A DNA stretch of 64,000 bases, from contig NC_042998.1 of NCBI RefSeq assembly GCF_006345805.1, positions 30,132,001 to 30,196,000 on the forward strand, given 5' to 3'. The position numbers and the translations under genes are program-made. Origin of the DNA: Octopus sinensis. Its lineage: Eukaryota. This document shows, piece by piece, positions 52,956 to 64,000 of this stretch (the first letter of the stretch is position 1; the number at the start of each line of letters is the position of its first letter). The notes under the pieces were generated by a model. It was not told the origin of the DNA and ran no database searches. It worked only from the letters and a program-made list of their open reading frames with translations.

Positions 52956-52990
<35 letters not shown>

Positions 52991-53008
52991 GATATATATA
53001 TATATGTG

Positions 53009-54110
<1,102 letters not shown>

Positions 54111-54769
54111 TTGTCCGGTCACCGATGTTGGTATGTTTACGTACCCGTAACTGAGCGGTTCGGTAAAAGACGCGGAGAGAAAAAGCACAAGACTTACAAA
54201 GAATAAGTCCTGGGGTCGATGAGTTCGACTAAAGGCGGTTCTCCAGCATGGCCACAGTCAAATGACTGAAACAAGTAGAAGAGTAAGAGAGTATATTTTC
54301 AACCGTGTTGCGTATTTGTCTCTGAAATGGCAGAGATATATTTCTTAAATGCGCCATTTTAAATTATGAATAAGACTTGAGAGATTTTTGTCTCCTACTT
54401 TCATTTTTAAAAAATCAGTAAAACGAAGTTTTCTTTTCTTGTTTTTTTTTCAAATCACTATATTACGTAGAAGGTAGTCTACGATATTTATAAAAGAGAT
54501 AAGCCGAAATGTGAACAATCAGGAGTAGCATAAACGAGCAGATGGAGATCGATTGATATATTGATTAGGATAACAGAGTGTTCTGAATAAACAGTGAGAA
54601 AAGGAACACTGCCAGGCGGCGAGGCCTATAAGTTAGAGATATTGGCAGGTAGACAGAAATGCATACTGACACGGAAAGACTCTAACAAATATGCGTACGC
54701 GTGTGTGTGTACGTGTGTGTGTATGTGCGCGCGCACGTGTGTGTGTGTGTGGTGTGTGTTGTATATAGT

Positions 54770-54822
<53 letters not shown>

Positions 54823-55205
54823 GCTAGATAATATATGTATATACATGTACATACATATATATATTACATGTATATATATATATATATCTATATGTATATA
54901 TATGTAACTAGATAATATATGTATATTCATGTACATAGATACATATATATATATTAACATGTATGTCTATATATATATATATATATATCGACAGGCTATT
55001 TACTATCAACCAAATCTCACATCATCTCCAAGTACATCTTACGCACCTACCGATTTCTTACACTTGCTCATCTTCAAATGTTCTCATTCCACCCACACGA
55101 AACACTCCATTGCACACTCGCAAATTCTCCGCACCCCACCCCTCTCTATGCTCGATACTAATTGTGATACAGAACCTGAATTCATCCAGCATTTCACTTG
55201 ATACC

Positions 55206-55531
55206 TATTTCTTTATTACCCACAAGGGGCTAAACACAGAGGGGACAAACAGGGACAGACAAACGGATTAAGTCGATTATATCGACCCCAGTGCGTAACT
55301 GGTACTTATTTAATCGTCCCCGAAAGGATGAAAGGCAAAGTCGACCTTGGCGGAATTTGAACTCAGAACGAAATACCTATTTCTTTACTACTCACAAGGG
55401 GCGAAACAACGAGTTCAAACAAGGACAGACAAACGGATTAAGTCGATTATATCGACCCCAGTGCGTAATTGGTACTTATTTAATCGACCCCGAAAGGATG
55501 AAAGGCAAAGTCGACCTCGGCGGAATTTAAA
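55206..55531 (-). mobile_element. 5'-truncated SINE B tandem dimer flanked by a 15-bp TSD
   Basis: ATTTCACTTGATACC at 55191-55205 and 55532-55546. Confidence 0.9.
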
Positions 55532-55639
55532 ATTTCACTTGATACCGTCACACAAACACACATACATGCGTGCACACTACACCCCGCGCACACCCACTGA
55601 CACACACTGACAAATACGCACACACACTCACACACACAC

Positions 55640-56050
55640 ATAAACCTTGTCTAAGCTGCACTCCCATTGTCTATGAATTCGATCCCAAGTTGACCTCACG
55701 AAGCTTCTCTTCACTTCGTCAGTTAAAACACAACTATTCTTTTTCCATTAGATACCACACTTTAGCAGGCTTTTCTGTGCTTATTTCATATCATCCATTC
55801 CAAACTCGCTATAATCCTCATCCCTTCTTGAAACACGTCTATAGACTGCGTAACCTGCATATACAAAGCTCTTACTTTAATATCTACCTCCAATCTGCAT
55901 CCTTCTCTTACCATTCTCCCTGCCACACAAAGGTACTTTTTCTCCGACACCCTCCCTTTTTCGGGCCCATCATATTTTTGGCCCTGTAATCAACTCTTTT
56001 ACCTACATTTCTACCCATCTCATTTATTGTGAATATGCTCTCCACAAATT
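55640..56050 (+). mobile_element. Possible degraded CR1/L2 LINE 3' region
   Basis: S*NTSIDCVTCIYKALTLIS weakly resembles the LxxRR..DL..xYK motif; pyrimidine-rich like 54990-55190. Confidence 0.3.
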
Positions 56051-56344
56051 CAACTTTACCGAACGCAACTATGACGATTGCCTTAAGATCGTCTCACCGC
56101 TTCATGCGTAATACTCATCTTCGTGTCATGTGTATCGTTGCTCAGTGTTTCACTACAATATCGTCGCCAATACAAAAATAAATTAATTCTCATTCTTCAA
56201 GCTTATAGACGTGTTTGTTCTTGTTTGTTCCCTCTGTGTGTAGCCCCTTGTGGGCAGTAAAGAAATAAGACGCGTTTTCTACTATTCCAAGCTGTGCTGG
56301 AACTCTTTCGAGATGATGCCTTTTAACGTGTCCGTTTTGTTTTT

Positions 56345-56824
56345 ATGACACACCAGTTATATCAACAAGTTCGCCAAGTATTTGGCGACGGTCCTCCAAG
56401 ATCAATTCATGAATTTTCATAATGATTTCATTCGTTCGCGAGATCGATGCTTGTTCTGATGTAGGTTGCTTTTCAAGCATCAAGTGACCATTTCTAAAGC
56501 GTGGAAACTAGTCGTAAGCTTGTATTTTGCTCATGAAAGCGTCCTTGTAAGCTGCTTGAAGTGTGACAACTGTTTCGGTCACCGTTTTCCCCAGCAGAAA
56601 ACAAAATTTCACGGAACCACGCTCGTCCTTCGTTTCACCCATCGACCAAAAGCGAAGAGTCAGTGCTAAATAAAGGCACAACGCGTGGCAGTACAGTAGC
56701 AGATGACGTCGGTCGGCAGACTGAGGCCTGAGGATCACTTCAAGTGGCTTCTAGCGATGGAAGTCTGAACTAAAACAGGTGTGTCCTAGAGAGAACATTT
56801 TCGGTTACTTTAGAATAGCCCCAT
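56345..56824 (-). mobile_element. mariner transposon 5' end with degraded transposase N-terminus
   Basis: MGETKDERGSVKFCFLLGKTVTETVVTLQAAYKDAFMSKIQAYD*FPRFRNG..ISRTNEIIMKIHELILEDRR (ATG at 56642); TIR-like GGGGCTATTCTAAAGTAACCG at the gap edge. Confidence 0.85.
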
Positions 56825-56924
56825 NNNNNNNNNNNNNNNNNNNNNNNNNNNNNNNNNNNNNNNNNNNNNNNNNNNNNNNNNNNNNNNNNNNNNNNNNNNN
56901 NNNNNNNNNNNNNNNNNNNNNNNN
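56825..56924. other. Assembly gap (100 N)
   Basis: Seen directly. Confidence 0.99.
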
Positions 56925-57864
56925 CACACACATGTATATATATATATATATATATATAAATACATGCGATTGTTAAGACAAAATTGTTGTTAAGACAAAA
57001 TTGATAGTTTTATAAGTAGCATGTTAGGTATTTAAATGATACGTAAATTCCAAGTTATATAGGTTGTGCGCTTCTTATATGGAAATAGACGACAACAGAG
57101 ACGGAGTTAGCAGTAAACTAAATAATAATTTAGAAACATTCATTGAAAGCCACGTACGTACTCGGAGGCTTACATAATATATACATATACATATATATAT
57201 ATATATATAGATATATATATATATATATATATATATGCCACAGTGTGCGTATGTAGCTTTCAATGAATGTTTCTACTCACATATATACACATATAATAAC
57301 ATTCACATAACTATGTGAACCCAAGAATAAATACGTTAGATAAGAGACAGAGAAATAAGTTGAAATTAGATTCCATTGTTGTTTACAAATATTTTGCAAA
57401 AAAATTTGTATGACGAGAGTAATTTTTCTTTTTCTCTCCAAGCAACAAAAGTAATTTTCGCGGCGTCTTCTACTTTGGCAGAATTTCACGATGCCACTAA
57501 CTTTCTGATGAAATACTAACTCATAAATTAATATAAGATTAATGTTTTGAAAAATAAAATACAGCGATGTATTACACGGTTATAGCGCCTCATATTTTCA
57601 GAGAGAGAACAGTCCAATGAATCGACTCTAGTACTTTATTTTATCCAACACTGGATAAGGAATATGAAGGTCGGGAGTTTAACTGAGAATATAAACGGCG
57701 CATTAAAATTGCTCCAAGCCTTTTACTCTAGTTTCCAACCTTTCAGTCAAGCAACACTTTTTCAAAGTAAAATCTTGTACCAATACAAAATAATTTCTTG
57801 TTATCGATAAATTGTTTTTTGTCGATTTTTGTCTTCTTTGTATTTTCTTAATGTGTTTTATATT

Positions 57865-58070
57865 TTCAGTCACAAGACTGTCGCCATGTTGGATCACTAC
57901 CTTCAAGAATTTTAGTCGAACTGATCGACCCTACGAATTCATAATTTTTTAAGGCATGTACACTACACACTACTGGTCTCTTTTGCCGAACAAAAATATA
58001 CCAACACCGGTTGTCAAACGATGTTGGGGGAACAAACACAGACACACAAACATATCTCTCTCTCTCTCTC

Positions 58071-58120
<50 letters not shown>

Positions 58121-58262
58121 GGGATTCTTTCAGTTTCCGTCTACTAAATCCATTCACAAAGCTTCAGTGGAAAACACTTGCTCAGGGTGTCATGAAGTGG
58201 GACTGACCCTGGAACCATGTGGTTGGTAAGCATGTTGCTTACAACACAGCCACTTCTACACC
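57865..58262 (-). mobile_element. SINE type A, diverged
   Basis: Reverse-strand body CTTTCAGTTTCCGTCTACTAAATCC and head. Confidence 0.8.
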
Positions 58263-58311
58263 ATATATATATAAATATATATATACGTGTCTGTTTGTGT
58301 GTGTGTGAGTG

Positions 58312-58665
58312 TGTGGAGGTTTAATGGCCTAGTGGCGAGGGCTGCGGACACGTGGTCTTAAGATCACAGTTTCGATACCCAGACCGGACGTTGTGAGTGT
58401 TTATTGAGCGAAAAACGACATAAAGTTCCATGAGGCTCTGCAGTGGTGCTGTACTCATACAAGAGAAGATTCTCTCACTCCTTATTCCTATTTCTGTTGT
58501 ACTTGTATTTCAAAGGACCAGCCTTGTCACACTCTGTGTCATGCTGAATCTCCTTGAGAACAACATTAAGGGTACAGGTTTCTGCACGTTAATTTCACGA
58601 GCAGGCTGTTCCGTAGATCGGATCAACTGGAACCCTCTTCGTTGCAACCGACGAGAGTGCCACGA
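58312..58665 (+). mobile_element. Chimeric SINE: type C head plus type D tail
   Basis: GTGGAGG..ATGGCCTAGTGG..CCCAGACCGGACGTTGTGAGTG head; CCAGCCTTGTCACACTCTGTGTC...GCAACCGACG tail. Confidence 0.8.
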
Positions 58666-58757
58666 TATATATATATATAATATATATATATATAATATAT
58701 ATATCCCAAAACTTACTCTTCCAAGTAAGTTTTCTCTCTTTCTCTCTCTCTCTCTCT

Positions 58758-58817
<60 letters not shown>

Positions 58818-58824
58818 GATTGCT

Positions 58825-59230
58825 TTTGCACAGCTTCTAACGCTGGAGATGTACTACTGTGTCAGCCGTTCACCACCAGTGGACTAAGGTAACACCTCTT
58901 ATTTTTCGAGCACCGTCCGCAGTATTCGAGCGGTTCCAAAGCAGTGCTGTTTTCTACAAGTGCTCCACCCTTATTGCAACCCCTATTTGTTCCATATACT
59001 TTTCAAGATTTTTACTCACTCTTCCCAGTGCTCCGATAATTATTGGTACTACTGCTACCATTTTCATCGACCACAACTGCTTAACTTCCCAAGCTAATCT
59101 TTCATATCTCTCATCATTTTTTTCTTCCTTATCACATACCTTGTTGTCAGCTGGGCATGCTATATCTACGATCCAGCACAGTTTGTTTTCCTTCTTAATT
59201 AAGACTATGTCTGGCTTCCTATTCTTATCA
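58825..59230 (-). mobile_element. R4/Dong-clade LINE 3' remnant (RLE domain)
   Basis: NRKPDIVLIKKENKLCWIVDIACPAD...LAWEVKQLW..VPIIIGALG..EHL*KTALL; (AAT)n at its sense 5' junction. Confidence 0.88.
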
Positions 59231-59732
59231 TTGTTATTATTATTATTATGATTATTATTATTATTAATGGTAATAATGCCTGATTTAATTTATGGTTATT
59301 TAATTATCATGCATTGTGATAGATTTCGTCCAAATATATCATGTATTCAAATTTTGTAACCTTGAATATAGCTTCATTGTCAGAGTTTGTCTTCTGTGTA
59401 TTTTATTAATATCTATCTATTTATCTATCTGTCTGTCAGTCTGTTTTTTTTTGTTTGTCTCTCTCTCTGTCTGACTATCTATCTATCTTTATTGTCATAG
59501 AACCTCCCCCTCCTCCCAAAAAAGAAATAATTTTCCCTTCTAAACAAAATTTCAAAAAGACATGTTTTATATAAATGAACAAACTGTTTGTACATTCACA
59601 AAATTTTATTTAACAAGTTCGAGAAACGAACGAAAGTGTTAATAATAAAGAAATATAAAGATTTTTCCCCAAAATTCTGACAAACTTTTTTCTCAATATG
59701 TATATAATATATATATATATATGTACATATAT

Positions 59733-59895
59733 ATTTTACTTGTTTCAGTCATTTGACTGGAGCCATGCAGCTTCCGTCTATCAAATTCACTTAGAAGGCT
59801 TTGGTCAGCCCATGGTTATGACAGAAGGCATGTTATAGAATTGAACCGGGAACTATGAAGTTGGGGAGCAAACGACTTAACACACAGCCACGCCT
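59733..59895 (-). mobile_element. SINE type A with internal deletion
   Basis: Tail TTACTTGTTTCAGTCATTTGACT joined to the head half. Confidence 0.75.
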
Positions 59896-59914
59896 ATTAT
59901 TAATCCTTCCTATT

Positions 59915-60464
59915 ATAGACAGAAACCTGAAGATAGTCGATTATATCGACCCCACTACTCAACTGGTACTTAATCTATCGATCCAGAAAGAATGAAAGTC
60001 AAAGTCGACCTCGTGGAATTTGAACTCAGAATGTAGCGACAGGTGAAATAACTATTCCTTTTTCTTTACTACCCACAAGGTCTAAACACATAGGGGACAA
60101 ACAAGGACAGACACACGGATTAAGTCGATTACATCGACCCCAGTGCGTAACTGGTATTTATTTAATCGACCCCTAAATGATGAAAGGCAAAGTCGAACTC
60201 GGCGGAATTTGAACTCAGAATGTAGCAACAGGGGAAATACCTATTTCTTTACTACCCATAATGGCCTAAACACAGAGAGGACAAACAAGGACAGACAAAC
60301 GGATTAAGTCGATTATATCGACCCCAGTGCGTAAATGGTACGTAATTTATCGACCCCGAAATGATGAAAGGCAAAGTCGACCTCGGCGGAATTTGAACTC
60401 AGAACGTAGCGGCAGACGAGATACTGCTAAGCATTTCGCCCGGCGTGCTAACGTTTCTGCCAGC
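59915..60464 (-). mobile_element. SINE type B, head plus three tandem bodies
   Basis: About 185-bp units joined near 60050 and 60237 at GAAATAC|CTATTTC-like junctions. Confidence 0.9.
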
Positions 60465-61075
60465 TTTTATTAATAAAATATACACCTCTGCCACACCTCT
60501 TATTAATAAATTACACAAAAAGGAAAACACTGACAAGGATGCTACATTTAATGTTGGGAAATTGGAACGCATGATGTATTTTGACGAAATCTAACAGAAT
60601 GCATAGTAATTAAATAACCAGAAAGTCTCTAATTAAATACTTTGAATTAAATAGTGCTTACAGCTTCTATTTCTTAACGTCTTTTAAAATTATATATTAC
60701 TCTCATAAAGAAAGGAATAGATGTAGGCCATGAAATATTGTTAGAACTTATTCGACGTCGATTACAAGGGAAATATATTTTTAAAAAAGTGAATATGTCA
60801 AGTTTACAGCCGAAGGGATTGTCAAGAGTTGTGGGGTGAGGGGTTTGGTTTGATTAAATTACAATAAATTTTCTCTTTAGGTACAACAATAATTTCTACA
60901 GCATTGAAAGTAGCATCAATGTAAAGAACATTTTACAGCAGTAGAGCAAATTAAGATAGAACACCTTACAATATGTGTTCAGAACACTCGTGTCCATCTC
61001 ACATTTCGTTACATCAGGGTCAATAAATGTACTTCCAGATAAATACTGAGATCTTTTAACGCCACCATATCTCTC

Positions 61076-61119
<44 letters not shown>

Positions 61120-63094
61120 TCTCTTCCTCTCTCTCTCCTTCCCTCTTTCTTCGTCGCTATCTATGTCTTTTTCCCCTCCCTCGCTATGTCTCCCCTGCGT
61201 ATTTTGAAAGAGCTGAGAAAGTAGTGTTTACCTTATAATCCTTCTAATATCTTAAGCAGCCCACTGAACTTTAGAGAAGTCGCCAGACTAATGAATTAAA
61301 GAAATATTACCTCTTTGTTATAGGAACATGAAGTTAGATAACCTCCCTGCAATATTGATTATAGAAAATTCCCGGTCAGAATTTATAGAATTATTTACCA
61401 TGCAATTTACCAACTTAGAGTAGGTCTTTGTTCTACGCTATCATAGCTTCAAGTATCATTATTTGCACACTCATATTCAGTCATTTAATCTTCTTGATGA
61501 ATTTTGTAAAGCTACAAAACGAAGTACAAGTAATACTGGAACTGCTGTATGACGACAAGATGGCTGACATCAAATTTTAGAATGAAATATCTCCACCATC
61601 ACATGTAAAATAAAACCACCGTAAAATTATTATTTTCTTGAAATTAGCCATTATTCTATTTGAAAATAACTGGCATTTTCCTCTCTCTCCGTTTTCTTCT
61701 CTTCTTTGAGCATAAATGTAGAATCCATTTCGATGAGACTTTTTATGTACGTTATTTAACTCACAATATCGCAGTCTCACTTACGTAGATTAGTAACATT
61801 AACTCAATTTAATCAAATCACTAGCTCCGTTACCATATGCAAATTTATTTAGCCACAGTTCTTATTAACAAGTTCTCCTCTTCTAAACTTCGGTCCTCTA
61901 ATTTAGCAGACTTTGAAAAAACATGCTTTGCTGGCGAGGTTTATTAAAACCGAAAGAAATCCATCCAACTTGCAATCAATTGAAATTTTTTTTCTCGTAA
62001 CCATAAAAATTAAATTTTCGATGTAATCAAGTCTGAATTTGTGTGTGAGTCGCCAAAGTTACATCTAAATGGCAAATCGGAATCCACAGAGAATGATTTC
62101 CGTTTAGTCTATTGTATACATCCCATATGTGAATATGAAACCCCATGGAACCATGGGGTTTCAAATTGTTCCGATCATGCATTGGCACGGTGTATGATAT
62201 AATACTGTATCTGATATGATCAGCTAAAAAGAGATAAATTCATCATCAACAAGACTTTATATATATACTTGACTATTCTTAGACAATATAGATTTTTCTT
62301 TTCTGCTAAAAGGAGGTAACTTTCATGTATCTAGATGTTAATAGAGAAAACGATATTGTATTGATTACTCAAACGCTAAATGATGAAGGAACTCACGAAA
62401 AAGACATAACTCATCGAATTTGCATTAGCATTTACCGTAGGAAATATGCAGATTTTCAAGGGTTTAGGGAAGGTTTTAACATTCAATATGATATCGAATA
62501 ACATTATTTTACAGATTGCCGATAGAAGACAGTACAGAAGACAACTTCTAGTGTAGCATGACAACAAAAATAATAAAATAAGAGACTTAGGTAAAAGAGA
62601 GAAAGAGATGCCGACCTGCAGGCATTGAAAAATGTATTTTTGGACATTGCAAAATCAGCTGCATAAAGTAATGCAAGAATTAAATCATTGCAATGCTGTT
62701 ATTCAATGAAATACTGCAGTATAAGGATGGAATTTGTTTCTTTAAAGACATAACAAAAATACATGACCCACCAATTTCTTTTACTACTGAGTTTCTTCAA
62801 ATAAGTATTTAATTTTTTAATATTTTTCAGTTACTTCTGTGAGGGATAGACTCGTAAGTTTCAGATCTCCAGTAGGTCAGTAACAGGTAAACTATATTTA
62901 CATTGGTTCAAACCTCAAGAGGTTTGCTCAGAAATTCTAGTGGAATAAACACCACAAACCACTTCATTTGAAATCAACGGTTTGTTTACTTCCTCTGCAA
63001 TTTCGACTCATTCCTTTTATATACACATATTGACACATACCGACATGTATTGATACAAACACTATGTGTTTATCTATGCGCATGTGTGCATATA

Positions 63095-63409
63095 TCACCG
63101 TGATCACCGTGACCGACCAGGCTATCAGATGTTGCTACACATCGCTGGTCACAAAGCGCTTCGCATTGTTTTAGCCTTCAAATGGCGCCACCCCGCTGGC
63201 TAAGCGAGCAGGCCAACAGAAGAAAGAGTGAGAGAAAGTTGTGGCGAAAGGGTACAGCAGGGTTCGCCACCCCACCCCCTGCCGGAGCCTCGTGGAGCTT
63301 TAGGTGTTTTCGCTCAATAAACGCTCACAACGCCCGGTCTGGGAATCGAAACCGCGATCCTACGACCGCGAGTCCGCTGCCCTAACCACTGGGCCATTTC
63401 GCCTCCACG
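63095..63409 (-). mobile_element. SINE type C, full length (head resembles tRNA-Thr(CGT))
   Basis: Minus strand GTGGAGGCGAAATGGCCCAGTGGTTAGGG..GGTTTCGATTCCCAGACC. Confidence 0.88.
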
Positions 63410-63899
63410 TGTGCATATATATATATATATATATATATGCATGCATGTATGTCTGTATGTTTGTATGTATGTATGTATGTCTGCTATAGTGACTAAAAAT
63501 ATATTTAACGGTTTAAGTCTTTCATTGTTTTTGTTTTCATGTATGAGAGTCCATCAATAGTTATCAACCCTGTCACAGAGAACATCGGCTTTTGCTTCCA
63601 TTTTGGATTAGACGATGGAAGTTTACGTGATCTTTCATGCTTTAATTCGAAATGTAGACGAACAACGATGTTTCATGTGAAAGGCTTGATAATTGTTGAG
63701 GGACTTCCTTAACATGAAACTAATGGTAGTCTTAACCTATTTATATATTAATATCTTCTGAATTGTATGAAAAAATACTAGAAGCAGCACCTCCAAGGAG
63801 TAAGCTTCTGTTAGACTGAATGTTAGCATCATGACGAACCATTTCAAATATTCTACGAAATGTTTCACTGTTACGGTAAAGGATTTCTTTGAAATCTAG

Positions 63900-64000
63900 C
63901 AGCTGCAAAATCTTAACAACTGTAGACCGCTCTATACACATGATCTGCAAGCACAAATTTTTAACAGGACTTTGATTGGAGATAAGAAATGGATTCTTCA
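63900..64000 (+). mobile_element. mariner transposase fragment running off the window
   Basis: CRPLYTHDLQAQIFNRTLIGDKKWIL resembles C.SLL.R....FL.RIVTGDEKWV. Confidence 0.5.

Noticed and set aside
59915-60464. Regularly spaced repeats superficially like a CRISPR array
   Set aside because: Units are ~185-bp SINE bodies without unique spacers in a eukaryotic context; no cas genes.
62380-62790. Possible pogo-like DDE remnant (AFTVGNMQIFKGLGK, VFLDIAKS)
   Set aside because: Too few motif matches to call without a profile search.
63330-63409. tRNA-like sequences (also 23165-23240, 28880-28950, 51425-51478)
   Set aside because: A/B boxes are present but the acceptor and anticodon stems do not close, and each continues into a SINE body.

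Overview
AT-rich eukaryotic DNA with dense (TA)n/(CA)n/(GATA)n microsatellites and one 100-N gap (56825-56924). The tRNA-headed SINE repertoire points to an octopod cephalopod (inference from family recognition, no search run). No intact protein-coding gene can be supported; almost all listed ORFs are microsatellite read-through or transposon antisense. Recognisable content: about 25 SINE copies of 4-5 modular types, a CR1/L2-type LINE, three R4/Dong (RLE) LINE remnants beside (TAA)n tracts, Penelope-like fragments, three non-autonomous Helitrons, Tc1/mariner and pogo MITEs and transposase relics. Two things stand out. (1) At 45931-47614 a tandemly duplicated, inverted element carries four canonical-core type I hammerhead ribozymes, and its interleaved A-B-C-A'-x-C' layout reconstructs a ~490-nt circularly permuted monomer, i.e. 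a retrozyme/Penelope-like ribozyme-bearing circular RNA candidate. (2) Directly beside it (44458-45707, minus) lies a degraded, intronless ~416-codon Cys-loop (nicotinic-like/chemotactile-receptor-like) pseudogene that the ORF track shows only as unrelated fragments. Further hammerhead motifs from other families occur at 3566, 12044, 21957, 22177, 25195, 26992 and 42061. Protein similarities come from manual translation and remembered family motifs, not database searches.
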